From: Acidobacteriota bacterium
GTDB lineage: Bacteria; Acidobacteriota; Thermoanaerobaculia; Gp7-AA8
Assembly: GCA_021781455.1 (NCBI GenBank)
Contig: JAJXWV010000041.1
Coordinates: 75,484-139,483 of the forward strand
DNA length: 64,000 nucleotides
Direction of reading: 5' to 3'
The notes under the pieces are model-generated. The model worked only from the letters and a program-made list of their open reading frames with translations. It did not search any database and had not been told where the DNA came from. A program made the position numbers and the translations under genes. Of the stretch, positions 45,947 through 56,203 are shown piece by piece; the stretch's first letter is position 1; every line of letters begins with the position of its first letter.

Positions 45947-47074
45947 ATGACCCACTTCCCTGCTCACCTGGAGTGCTCCGCCTGCTCGACAGCCTTTGCC
46001 ATTCACGACCTGCTGAACCTTTGCCCGCAGTGCAAGGGGCCGCTGCTGGTGCGGTACGACATCAAGCCTGATCCGCAGCTGCGCGCGAGAATTCGCGACC
46101 GTGCCGCCGACATGTGGCGGTATCGCGAGGTCCTGCCTGTCGATGACGATCGCGACATCGTCACCCTCGGCGAAGGCGTGACGCCGGTCCTCCAATCGAA
46201 CGAGTTTTCCAACGTCCTGATCAAGGACGAATCGAAGAACCCCACCCGCTCCTTCAAGTCGCGCGGGATGGCCGCTGCGGTGTCCATGGCCCGCAAGTTA
46301 GGCGCACGCAGCCTGGCCGCTCCCACGGCCGGCAACGCCGGCGCGGCGCTCTCTGCCTATGGCGCCCGCGCCGGGCTTCCCGTCTTCGTGGCCATGCCTC
46401 GTGACACACCGCAATCGATCGTCGACGAGTGTCGCAGCTACGGAGCACAGGTCGAGCTCGTGGCCGGCGTCATCACCGACGCCGGTAAGCGCGTGCAGCA
46501 GTACATCGCCGACAACGGTGGCTTCGACCTCTCGACGCTCAAGGAGCCCTACCGCGTCGAGGGAAAGAAGATCATGGGCTACGAGCTTCTCGACGACCTC
46601 GGCCGCCTGCCGGATGCGATTCTCTACCCCACCGGTGGTGGCACCGGCCTGATCGGAATGTGGAAGGCCTTCGAGGAGATGCAGAAGCTCGGCTGGATCG
46701 GAAGCGAGCGGCCGCGGATGTTCAGCGTGCAGTCGAGCGGCTGCGCTCCGATCGTGCGCGCGTTCCGCGAAGGGCTCGACCACGCGCCGGAATGGGAGTC
46801 GCCGCACACGGGCGCGTGGGGCCTTCGCGTCCCGCGGGCCATCGGCGATCGCCTGATGCTGCGCGCGCTGCGCGATTCGCATGGCGGTGCCGTGGCGGTC
46901 GAAGAGGACTCGATCGAAGCCGCCGCCGCCGCGCTGCGCGAGCGCGAAGGCGTCGATGCCGGTCCCGAGGCAGGGGCGGCCATGCTGGCGCTGAAGACAC
47001 TGCTCGATCAGGGCGTTCTCCGCCGCGACGAGACGGTCGTCGTCTTCAACACGGGCGGAAACAAGTACCACTGA
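45947..47074 (+). CDS. Threonine-synthase-like PLP-dependent enzyme with N-terminal zinc ribbon
   Basis: N-terminal CSACSTAF...CPQCKGPL ribbon. PLP-lysine motif KDESKNPTRSFKSRGM, glycine-rich loop YPTGGGTGLIGMWK. Confidence 0.7.
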   Translation: MTHFPAHLECSACSTAFAIHDLLNLCPQCKGPLLVRYDIKPDPQLRARIRDRAADMWRYREVLPVDDDRDIVTLGEGVTPVLQSNEFSNVLIKDESKNPTRSFKSRGMAAAVSMARKLGARSLAAPTAGNAGAALSAYGARAGLPVFVAMPRDTPQSIVDECRSYGAQVELVAGVITDAGKRVQQYIADNGGFDLSTLKEPYRVEGKKIMGYELLDDLGRLPDAILYPTGGGTGLIGMWKAFEEMQKLGWIGSERPRMFSVQSSGCAPIVRAFREGLDHAPEWESPHTGAWGLRVPRAIGDRLMLRALRDSHGGAVAVEEDSIEAAAAALREREGVDAGPEAGAAMLALKTLLDQGVLRRDETVVVFNTGGNKYH

Positions 47075-47440
47075 GGGGGGCTGATACGGCCGTGGATGCG
47101 CGAGTGGCCAGCGGTGCGCCTGCACGCCGTTCGTCGGCGCGTCGATGGGTGACCTCAATCACCGGCCGGCGCTGACTCCCTCCATACGTTGACAGCACCG
47201 GAAGCGGTCCCGCCCACAATCCCGAACGCGGGACGTTCGGACAGTTCATCCCTGCGATTCCATACTCGCAGTTCATCGGGAAGACATCGGGCAGCACGAC
47301 TCCTGTGCTCACTCTGCAGCAGATCGCGTACAGAGCTTTTCTCCGTGAACTCTATGCCTCTGCGTCTCTGTGGTTGAAACTTTGGACCGAGGCTCGAGTG
47401 GTTGGGGATTTCTGCACAGCCTCGTGACGGTCTCACCATC

Positions 47441-48106
47441 TCACCAGCTGATCGTCCACTCGCATTCCGGGGCGTGCTCGGCCATACACCGGGTGTGGAT
47501 GACCGTCGGCGATACCCCCGTCATTTCGGCGATCTGCTCGATCCAGCCGGTCACTCGTGCGCACATGACCGGCTGCGGCGAGGGAAAGTCCGTCAGCCGG
47601 ATCACGGCGGACGTCGGCGTCTTCTGGTCGGCCGACATCCGCCCGGCGCTGTTCATCGTCGACCACATGGCGGTCGCCTTTCCGAGGACCACGTTCGTGC
47701 TGAGGACGCGGACGAAGACCCGGTACACGCCCTCCACGCCAGCCTTCGCCGAGAAGCGTCCTGCCCGTCGCGCGAACTGCGGCACCGGTTCACCGGCGGC
47801 ACTTGCAGCCTGGATAGTCAACGCGTTGAGCAGCGACATGGGATAGGTATTGGTGGCGAGGATCAGGCGCTTCGAGAGATCGTTGCGGTACGGCTGCGGC
47901 GCAGCCTGCAGAAGAGCCATGACTTTCTCGGGAGGCAGTGCCTGATCGAGAAACTTGAGGAAGCTGATGACTGTCTGCCCCTTCACGGACACTTCATCCG
48001 GCATGCGAGGCCTCTCGATCAAACCGTGAGTATGTTGGACCAGCTGCGATTTTACTCGCGCTGGAGCGCCGAATGTGGAGCGATAAGGATGATGGATGAA
48101 GCTCAT
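47441..48106 (-). CDS. Hypothetical protein
   Basis: 221-aa ORF convergent with the preceding gene. No motif recognised with confidence. C-terminal Cys/His cluster HTRCMAEHAPECEW. Confidence 0.4.
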   Translation of the reverse strand: MSFIHHPYRSTFGAPARVKSQLVQHTHGLIERPRMPDEVSVKGQTVISFLKFLDQALPPEKVMALLQAAPQPYRNDLSKRLILATNTYPMSLLNALTIQAASAAGEPVPQFARRAGRFSAKAGVEGVYRVFVRVLSTNVVLGKATAMWSTMNSAGRMSADQKTPTSAVIRLTDFPSPQPVMCARVTGWIEQIAEMTGVSPTVIHTRCMAEHAPECEWTISW

Positions 48107-48245
48107 CGCAGCGCGACTGGGCAGCCCTCATCCCTCAGACCTCATCCCTCGACATGGTCACTTATAATGCCGCCCGCACGAACCGGGGGGCGCGTGCTTC
48201 CTGCCTGTCACCTCGGCTCGCCGTCTCTGAACGCGGAGGTATTCC

Positions 48246-49646
48246 TTGGCAGACCAGCAATTCGATGTCGTCATCATCGGCAGCGGGCCCGGCGGATACG
48301 TCGGCGCCATCCGCGCCGGGCAGCTCGGCCTCAAAGTGGCCGTCGTCGAGAAGGATCCGTTCGTCGGCGGAACGTGCACCCACCGCGGCTGCATCCCCAC
48401 GAAAGCGCTCCTCGAGAACGCGGACATCTGGTCGAAGATCCAGAAGTCGAAGGAGTTCGGCATCACCGTCGGCGACGCCCATCTCGACTTCGCGGCAGGC
48501 CAGGAGCGCAAGCAGAGCGTCGTCGACAAGAGCGCGAAGGGAATCGAGTTCCTGTTCAAGAAGAACAAGGTCGAGCGCCTGACCGGGTTCGGCCGCGTGG
48601 TCTCACCGGGCATCGTCGAGGTCAAGGGCGCCGACGGAGCGGTGCAGCGCCTGCAGACGAAGGACATCATCCTGGCGATGGGCTCGACTCCCCGCGATCT
48701 TCCCCACATCAAGGCCGACGGAAAGCGCATCCTCAATTCCGATCACATCCTCAAGATCGGCGACGTTCCGAAGTCGATGCTGGTCATCGGCGCCGGAGCC
48801 GTGGGATGCGAGTTCGCCTCGATCTTCGCGCGCTTCGGGACGAAGGTCACCATCGTCGAAGTCCTGCCGCAGCTGCTCCCCATCGAAGACGAGGAGATTT
48901 CGAAGGAGTTCACGCGGCTGTTCAAGAAGAAAGGCATCGACGTCTACACAGACGCGAAAGTCGAGTCTGCAGAAGTGCACGACAACGGGGTTCGTTGTGT
49001 GGTCTCCGCCAAAGGCAAGCAGCTGACGTTCGACGTCGAAGTCGTCCTTTCCGCGACCGGACGCCGCGCCGTCACGGAGAATTGCGGCCTTGAAGCCGCC
49101 GGCGTGAAGGTCGAGCGCGGATTCGTGCAGGTCGACGAGCTCATGCGCACCGGCGTGGCCGGCATCTACGCCATCGGCGACATCGTCCCCACTCCGGCCC
49201 TCGCCCACTGCGCCTCGGCCGAAGGGATTCTCGTCGTCGAGCACATCAAGGGCCTCGAGGTCCGGCCGCTCAACTACGACCACATTCCGAATTGCACCTA
49301 CACGGACCCGGAAGTCGCTTCGGTCGGCCTCACTGAGAAGAAGGCCCGCGAGCGCGGGTACGACGTGAAAATCGGCAAGTTCCCCTTCACCGCCAGCTCG
49401 AAGGCCCGCATTCTCGGCGACGCGAACGGCCTGGTGAAGTACGTCTGCGACGCCAAATACGACGAAATCCTCGGCGTCCACATCGTCGGCCCGCATGCCA
49501 CCGAGCTCATCGCTGAGGCGTGTGTCGCGCTCGAGCTGGAAGCGACGAGTGAATCGATCGCCCGGACCGTCCATGCTCATCCGACACTCTCCGAGGCCAT
49601 GATGGAAGCGGCCGAAGATGTGCAGGGACACGCTATTCACATCTAA
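48246..49646 (+). CDS. lpdA: Dihydrolipoyl dehydrogenase
   Basis: FDVVIIGSGPGGYVGAIRAGQLG, redox-active disulfide GGTCTHRGCIPTKAL, NAD-binding VIGAGAVGCEFA, C-terminal HAHPTLSEA. Confidence 0.95.
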   Translation: MADQQFDVVIIGSGPGGYVGAIRAGQLGLKVAVVEKDPFVGGTCTHRGCIPTKALLENADIWSKIQKSKEFGITVGDAHLDFAAGQERKQSVVDKSAKGIEFLFKKNKVERLTGFGRVVSPGIVEVKGADGAVQRLQTKDIILAMGSTPRDLPHIKADGKRILNSDHILKIGDVPKSMLVIGAGAVGCEFASIFARFGTKVTIVEVLPQLLPIEDEEISKEFTRLFKKKGIDVYTDAKVESAEVHDNGVRCVVSAKGKQLTFDVEVVLSATGRRAVTENCGLEAAGVKVERGFVQVDELMRTGVAGIYAIGDIVPTPALAHCASAEGILVVEHIKGLEVRPLNYDHIPNCTYTDPEVASVGLTEKKARERGYDVKIGKFPFTASSKARILGDANGLVKYVCDAKYDEILGVHIVGPHATELIAEACVALELEATSESIARTVHAHPTLSEAMMEAAEDVQGHAIHI

Positions 49647-49767
49647 GAGTGCTGAGTACTGAGTGCTGAGTACTGAGTGGCGAGTACTGAGTGGCGAGTA
49701 CTGAGTGCTGAGTGGCGACGCCGCCGCTCGGCATTGACTCAGTACTCAGCACTCAGTACTCAGCACT
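49647..49767. repeat. Family A inverted heptamer array, copy A6 (long left arm with GAGTGGC variants)
   Basis: gagtgctgagtactgagtgctgagtactgagtggcgagtactgagtggcgagtactgagtgctgagtggc gacgccgccgctcggcattga ctcagtactcagcactcagtactcagcact. Confidence 0.85.
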
Positions 49768-49772
49768 TCGCG

Positions 49773-50186
49773 ATGACAGAACAGACGACGAGCCCACACG
49801 TCGACACACGGGGCCTGACGCGCGATCAGCTTCTGCAGATCGAGTACTACCTCCGTCTGACGCGTGCGCTGGAGGAGCGGCTGGTGGCGCTGTTCCGGCA
49901 GTCGAAGGTGATCGGAGGCCTCTATCGCTCCCTCGGGCAGGAGGGCGAGTCCGTGGCCGCCGCCTATGCGCTCGATTACAAGCAGGGCGACGTCGTGCAG
50001 CCGCTGATCCGCAACATGGGCGCGATCCTCGTGGCGGGTGCAAGACCTCTGGACATCGTGCGGCAGTACATGGCCAAGGGCGACTCGCCGACTCGCGGGC
50101 GCGAGCTGAACATCCATTTCGGACATCCGGCGCGGGACGGATTCATCGGCCAGATCTCGATGCTCTTGATCAGTGCCGATCACTGA
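49773..50186 (+). pseudogene. Truncated 2-oxoacid dehydrogenase E1 component alpha subunit. Only the N-terminal ~137 codons remain. The 3' part and the E1 beta gene are absent.
   Basis: LTRDQLLQIEYYLRLTRALEERLVALFRQSKVIGGLYRSLGQEGESVAAAYAL...GDSPTRGRELNIHFG is collinear with the first third of PdhA/BkdA1. The frame stops at 50186, where family A copy A7 begins. The E2 gene follows 100 bp later. Confidence 0.7.
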
Positions 50187-50250
50187 GAGCTGAGCACGCG
50201 TCGAATGACTCGGTAACGACACTCAGTACTCAGCACTCAGCACTCAGCAC
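50184..50250. repeat. Family A heptamer array, copy A7 (weak left arm, right arm ctcagtactcagcactcagcactcagcact)
   Basis: ctgagagctgagcac gcgtcgaatgactcggtaacgaca ctcagtactcagcactcagcactcagcact. Confidence 0.75.
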
Positions 50251-50289
50251 TTCGATTGCATATGCTTCTTGTCCTGCAGGAGTGAGCAA

Positions 50290-51723
50290 ATGGCCATAGA
50301 TGTCGTAATGCCCCAGATGGGCGAATCGATCGCCGAAGGAACCGTCTCGCGCTGGCTGAAGAAGCCGGGAGACAAAGTCGATCGCGACGAGCCGCTGCTC
50401 GAGATCTCGACCGACAAGGTCGACACCGAGATCCCCTCGCCCGCCGCCGGGACGCTGGCCGAGGTGCTGGTGCAGGAAGGGCAGACGGTGCCGGTGAACT
50501 CGGTCGTGGCGCGGATCGCCGCGGAAGGCGAGGCGACGGCCCCGGCGCCGAAGCCCGCCTCCGCCCCCCAACCCGCCCCACCCGCCCCCGCCGCCGCTCC
50601 GCCCCGCCCGCAACCAGCGCCGCCGCAGCCCAGCCAGGCGATCCGACAGGAAGTGCGTCAGGAGGCGTTCGCGGCCGCGGCGACTCCGAAGCCCGAGATG
50701 CGCACGCCGCCGCCTCCCACGCCGGCGATTGCGGCGACCGAACCCGGCGAAGACGAGAACGTCACCTCACTCGACGAGCGGCGGAGGACCAGGTCGTCGC
50801 CGCTGGTGCGCAAGATTGCCCAGGAGAACAACGTCGACGTCTCCCAGCTGCATGGCACCGGCGTCTCGGGCCGCGTCACGAAGAACGACATCCTCGACTT
50901 CCTGCAGCAGCCGCGTTCCGCCCAACCAGCCGCCGCAGCTCAGCAGTTGGCGCCGCAGCCTCAGCCGATCGCGCCGGCGCAGCGCGTGCCCGAGCGCGTT
51001 CCCGCGCCGCAGTTCGCCCCCGGGGAAAGCGTTCGCATCGAGCCGCTCTCGGTGATGCGCAAGAAGATCGCCCAGCACATGACGCTTTCGAAGCAGACCT
51101 CGGCGCACGTCACCACGGTGTTCGAATACGACTTCACCGCCATCGAGAAGCTCCGCCGGCAGCACAAGCAGAGCTACGCCGAGCGAGGCGTGAAGCTGAC
51201 CTACCTGCCGTTCATCGTCGACGCCGTGATCGCCGGTCTGCGCCAGTTCCCGATCATCAACGCTTCGATGGACGAGAACAGCATCATCTACCACCGCGAG
51301 CTGAACATCGGGATCGCCGTGGCGCTCGACTGGGGACTCATCGTCCCGGTCGTGAAGCACGCCGACGAGAAGAACATCCTCGGCCTGGCCCGCGCTATCA
51401 GCGATCTCGGTGAGCGGGCGCGCACCAAGAAGCTTTCGCCCGATGAGGTGCAGGGCGGCACGTTCACCATCACGAATCCTGGCATTTTCGGCGGGCTGTT
51501 CGGAACTCCGATCATCAATCAGCCGCAGGTGGCCATCCTCGGCGTCGGTGGCGTGAAGAAGCGGCCGGTGGTCGTGGAGACCGACGACGGTGATTCCATC
51601 GCCATCCATTCGATGTGCATCATGTCCCTGACTTTCGACCATCGCCTGATCGACGGCGCCGTGGCTGACCAGTTCATGGCCTACCTCCGCGACATCCTCG
51701 AAGGCGGCCAGTTCTCGATGTGA
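50290..51723 (+). CDS. Dihydrolipoamide acyltransferase (E2) of a 2-oxoacid dehydrogenase complex
   Basis: Lipoyl domain EISTDKVDTEIPSP (lipoyl-Lys), a Pro/Ala linker, a peripheral subunit-binding domain (SPLVRKIAQENNVDVSQLHGTGVSGRVTKNDI), and the catalytic domain with DHRLIDGA. Confidence 0.95.
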   Translation: MAIDVVMPQMGESIAEGTVSRWLKKPGDKVDRDEPLLEISTDKVDTEIPSPAAGTLAEVLVQEGQTVPVNSVVARIAAEGEATAPAPKPASAPQPAPPAPAAAPPRPQPAPPQPSQAIRQEVRQEAFAAAATPKPEMRTPPPPTPAIAATEPGEDENVTSLDERRRTRSSPLVRKIAQENNVDVSQLHGTGVSGRVTKNDILDFLQQPRSAQPAAAAQQLAPQPQPIAPAQRVPERVPAPQFAPGESVRIEPLSVMRKKIAQHMTLSKQTSAHVTTVFEYDFTAIEKLRRQHKQSYAERGVKLTYLPFIVDAVIAGLRQFPIINASMDENSIIYHRELNIGIAVALDWGLIVPVVKHADEKNILGLARAISDLGERARTKKLSPDEVQGGTFTITNPGIFGGLFGTPIINQPQVAILGVGGVKKRPVVVETDDGDSIAIHSMCIMSLTFDHRLIDGAVADQFMAYLRDILEGGQFSM

Positions 51724-51786
51724 CCAAGTGTCATTCTGACTTCTGACGGGAATGCTCGCCTCTCCTCTCTCCTTAACCCCTTTGCC

Positions 51787-52944
51787 ATGCGCGTTTGCGA
51801 GCTCCACAAGCTTCACCTCGTCACTTACGAGAATGGGATGAAGCTGCAGCAGAAGCTCGTCGAGCTGCGTCAGACCGAGCAGATCCCCGATCAGCTGCTG
51901 CTCCTCGAGCATCCGCCGGTGATCACGCTCGGCCGTGGCGGCAACGCTGCGAACCTGCTCGCGAGCGGCGAGCGGCTGCGAGCCGAACGCGTCCGCTTTT
52001 TCGAGACCACGCGCGGTGGCGACATCACCTACCACGGCCCCGGCCAGGTCGTCGGATATCCGATCATCCACCTCGGCGAAGGCAATCGCGACGTTCGCAA
52101 GTACGTCACCAAGCTCGAGGAAGTGCTGATCCGAACCGTGGCGCACTACGGCATCACCGCCGCACGCGTGGAGGGGAAGCGCGGCATCTGGGTCGGCAAC
52201 GACAAGATCGCCGCGATCGGCGTGCGCATCGCACGATGGGTGACCTCGCACGGTTTCGCCCTCAACGTCGGCACCAATCTCGATCACTTCCGTCTGATCA
52301 CGCCGTGCGGCCTGCACGGCACCGGCGTCACTTCGATCGAGCGCGAGATCGGACGGACCATTCCAATCGAGGAAGTCCGGGATCTCCTGGCTGCAAAGTT
52401 CGCCGAGGTCTTCGAGCGGGAGATGGTCCCGCGGCCGGAGAACATCCGGCTGATCAAGATCGTGCTGCACGACGCCGGCAATCGCGTGCTGCTACTGCAT
52501 CGCAAGCCGGAACGGGGCAATTTCTGGCAACCCATCACCGGGGCAATCGAGAAGGATGAGGCGCCGCTCGAGGCCGCCCGCCGCGAGCTTCTCGAAGAGA
52601 CGGGCACGGCCGGCGAGCCGCGGCCGATGGGCATCACCCAGTCGTTTCTGATCGAGTCGACGTTCCTCTCCTCGCGGCTCGGTGCTCTCGTCATCGCCAG
52701 CGAGGTCGGCTTCGAGATGCCCGTCGACTCTTCGATTCCGATCCGCATCGATCCCGAGGAGCATGACGGCCACGGCTGGTTCACCTTCGGCGAGGCCTAC
52801 GAGAAGATCCGCTGGACCGACGACCGTGAAGCGCTCGAGGAGCTGGAAACGCGGTTGTGCGGCCCCGCGATGGCACAGTTCCGCGATGACGACGAAGAAG
52901 AAACCGCGCAACCGCGGAGCCGCGGAACCGCGCAACCAGTATGA
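51787..52944 (+). CDS. lipB: Octanoyltransferase LipB fused to a C-terminal Nudix hydrolase domain
   Basis: LipB part: HPPVITLGRGG, TTRGGDITYHGPGQVVGYPII, KIAAIGVRIARWVTSHGFALNV (with the catalytic Cys in PCGLHG). Nudix box: GAIEKDEAPLEAARRELLEETG (Gx5Ex7REUxEExGU) at residues about 250-272. The C-terminal tail ETAQPRSRGTAQPV is a family B octamer array translated. Confidence 0.8.
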   Translation: MRVCELHKLHLVTYENGMKLQQKLVELRQTEQIPDQLLLLEHPPVITLGRGGNAANLLASGERLRAERVRFFETTRGGDITYHGPGQVVGYPIIHLGEGNRDVRKYVTKLEEVLIRTVAHYGITAARVEGKRGIWVGNDKIAAIGVRIARWVTSHGFALNVGTNLDHFRLITPCGLHGTGVTSIEREIGRTIPIEEVRDLLAAKFAEVFEREMVPRPENIRLIKIVLHDAGNRVLLLHRKPERGNFWQPITGAIEKDEAPLEAARRELLEETGTAGEPRPMGITQSFLIESTFLSSRLGALVIASEVGFEMPVDSSIPIRIDPEEHDGHGWFTFGEAYEKIRWTDDREALEELETRLCGPAMAQFRDDDEEETAQPRSRGTAQPV

Positions 52945-53819
52945 GCACCGATCCCAAACCACTGAACCGCCGCGCCGGCATCCGCCCGGAGTGGCTGAAG
53001 ATCCGCGTTCCCGGCGATCTCGATCAGCTTCCGGTGTCGAAGCTGATGAGCGACCTGGCCCTCAACACCGTCTGCCAGGAAGCGCGTTGCCCTAACATCT
53101 TCGACTGCTGGAATGCCGGCACCGCCACCTTCATGGTCCTCGGCGAGATCTGCACGCGGCGCTGCACCTTCTGCGCGGTCGGCAAGGGCAAGCCGCTGAG
53201 GTCGGACCAGGATGAGCCGCGGCGGGTGGCCGAGGCCGTCGGCCGGATGGGAATCCGGCACGCGGTCATCACGATGGTCAATCGCGACGACATGCCGGAT
53301 GGCGGCGCCGGGCACGTCGCCAGAACGGTCCTGGCCGTCCGCGACGGCAGCGGTGCGACCGTCGAAGTTCTCGTTTCCGACCTGGAAGGCAATCGCGACG
53401 CCTTACGCGTCGTGCTCGCCTCCCGCCCGGAAGTGTTCGCGCACAACATCGAAACGGTTCCCCGGCTCTATCCCGCCGTAAGGCCGGTCGCGAAGTACGA
53501 GCGCTCGCTCGAAGTCCTGCGCTGGGCAGGCCAGGAACGCTATGAAGGCATGCTCACGAAGTCGAGCCTGATGCTCGGCCTCGGCGAAACCGAGCAGGAG
53601 ATCCTCGCCGTTGCCGCCGACCTGCGCAGCGCCGGCGTCGACGTCTTCACCATGGGCCAGTACCTCGCGCCCACCGGCAACCACCATCCGGTGCGCCGCT
53701 ACTGGTCCCCCCATGAGTTTGCCGAGCTGGGCAGGCGCGCACGCGAGCTCGGCTTCCATCACGTCGAATCCGCTCCGCTGGTGCGCAGTTCCTATATGGC
53801 GCACCGTGCGCTCGCTTGA
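52941..53819 (+). CDS. lipA: Lipoyl synthase
   Basis: Auxiliary cluster CQEARCPNIFDC, radical-SAM cluster CTRRCTFCAV. The ATG overlaps the lipB stop. Confidence 0.95.
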   Translation: MSTDPKPLNRRAGIRPEWLKIRVPGDLDQLPVSKLMSDLALNTVCQEARCPNIFDCWNAGTATFMVLGEICTRRCTFCAVGKGKPLRSDQDEPRRVAEAVGRMGIRHAVITMVNRDDMPDGGAGHVARTVLAVRDGSGATVEVLVSDLEGNRDALRVVLASRPEVFAHNIETVPRLYPAVRPVAKYERSLEVLRWAGQERYEGMLTKSSLMLGLGETEQEILAVAADLRSAGVDVFTMGQYLAPTGNHHPVRRYWSPHEFAELGRRARELGFHHVESAPLVRSSYMAHRALA

Positions 53820-53894
53820 GTCGGTTCCGCCCTGATCCCTCGCCGCTCACGCGGCTCGGGATAAATCCGAAAAGTGCCGTAAAATCGCCCGCCA

Positions 53895-54173
53895 ATGCCG
53901 CGCGTCACATTCGTGGATGAGCAGAAAGCGGCAGAGTTTCCCGCCGGAAAGACCATCCTGTCCTGCGCCGGAGAAATGGGCGTACAAGTCAGTCACGTCT
54001 GCGGCGGAGACGGCGCGTGCGGGACTTGCAGGATCGAAGTCGTTGTGGGTTGGGACAACCTCACGCCGCCGACGCCCGATGAGACATACAAAGAGCTCGA
54101 GCCACCTCACCGCCTCTCCTGCCAGTCGAAACTGGTCGGGGACGTGGTGGTCAAGGTGGCCAAGATTGATTGA
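53895..54173 (+). CDS. 2Fe-2S ferredoxin
   Basis: CGGDGACGTC...C spacing of plant/adrenodoxin-type [2Fe-2S] ferredoxins. 92 aa. Confidence 0.75.
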   Translation: MPRVTFVDEQKAAEFPAGKTILSCAGEMGVQVSHVCGGDGACGTCRIEVVVGWDNLTPPTPDETYKELEPPHRLSCQSKLVGDVVVKVAKID

Positions 54174-54238
54174 GACCAGAGACCGCAGACCACAGACCGC
54201 AGGATCCACTGCGGTCCGTGGTCTGTGGTCTGCGGTCC
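54173..54238. repeat. Family E inverted heptamer array (GACCRCA x4, spacer, TGYGGTC x4)
   Basis: gagaccagagaccgcagaccacagaccgcag gatccac tgcggtccgtggtctgtggtctgcggtc. Confidence 0.85.
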
Positions 54239-54254
54239 ACAAAGGAGTGAACGA

Positions 54255-54764
54255 ATGACCGCAGTGGCATCGACCCCGACCGCCTTACTCGACACGCAGC
54301 AGCTCAGCCTTCTGATGCAGTACACGATCGAGGCCTACAAGATCTTCCAGAAATTCGCCGAAAACCTGCCCAACCCGATGAGCGCGGCGATGTTCAAGGA
54401 CTTCGCCGTGGACGAGCGCCTCGACCGCGACCTGCTCGAAGCGAAGATCAGCTCCGTCGGCAGCCGCGTGCGCACCGCACTCGGCGCCGATCTGCAGTTC
54501 CAGGAAGTGCTGGAAGGCGACCTCTCCTATCGGGAGTCGGCCGAGTTTCTGATCGCCCGCGAAAGGACCATGCAGCGCCGTCTCGAGGAGCTCAGCCGCA
54601 ACGCGGCGGATGCGGACCACAACCTGCTGATCTTCTTCATCGCCGTGAAGCGCTCGCACATCGTCGAGCTCGAGCGTGAGCTGGCGCTGATCCGCAACGA
54701 CCCCGAGTGGTGGCGGCGCGAAGACGCCGAAACGCGCATCGTCCACGGCTCCGCCGGCCGATGA
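54255..54764 (+). CDS. Hypothetical helical protein
   Basis: 170-aa ORF, MTAVASTPTALLDTQQLSLLMQYTIEAYKIFQKF.... Predicted all-alpha. Codon usage is consistent with the host. Confidence 0.45.
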   Translation: MTAVASTPTALLDTQQLSLLMQYTIEAYKIFQKFAENLPNPMSAAMFKDFAVDERLDRDLLEAKISSVGSRVRTALGADLQFQEVLEGDLSYRESAEFLIARERTMQRRLEELSRNAADADHNLLIFFIAVKRSHIVELERELALIRNDPEWWRREDAETRIVHGSAGR

Positions 54765-55048
54765 ACCTCTCCCTCTCCCCCGCGGCAGCCGCGCACCTTC
54801 CCGGCGATCTGGAAGGGCGGCTGCTGCGCATCGCCTTCACCACCGGCTGCGGCGGCAGCGGCTATCGCCTTGGCTACGCCGACGAGCCGGTCGAAGGCGA
54901 CGAGATCGTGAGTGTGGACGGCATTCGAGTGGCACTCGACAGCATGGCCGTCTCGAAGCTCGACGGCGCGGTCATCGACTACGACGCGGAAGAGGACGGC
55001 TATCTTCTGGAGCATCCCGATGCCGTGAGCGTCATCTGGTGCGGCTGA
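54761..55048 (+). CDS. HesB/IscA-family Fe-S cluster insertion protein
   Basis: LLRIAFTTGCGGSGYRL...VDGIRVALD...IDYD, the A-type carrier fold. The terminal ...CG lacks the usual second Cys pair, so it may be a variant. Confidence 0.6.
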   Translation: MNLSLSPAAAAHLPGDLEGRLLRIAFTTGCGGSGYRLGYADEPVEGDEIVSVDGIRVALDSMAVSKLDGAVIDYDAEEDGYLLEHPDAVSVIWCG

Positions 55049-55060
55049 TCGCTTCTTCAA

Positions 55061-55125
55061 CCACAGAGGACACAGAGAGCACAGAGTGAAGAAGCGTCTC
55101 TGTACTCTCTGTGTCCTCTGTGGTG
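55061..55125. repeat. Family D inverted array (CACAGAG-cored 9-mers)
   Basis: ccacagaggacacagagagcacagag tgaagaagcgt ctctgtactctctgtgtcctctgtgg. Confidence 0.85.
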
Positions 55126-55177
55126 AAAAGAAAACGGCGGCCTTCGCCGCCGTTCAAACAAAGACACTCTTTGCGAC

Positions 55178-56183
<1,006 letters not shown>

Positions 56184-56203
<20 letters not shown>

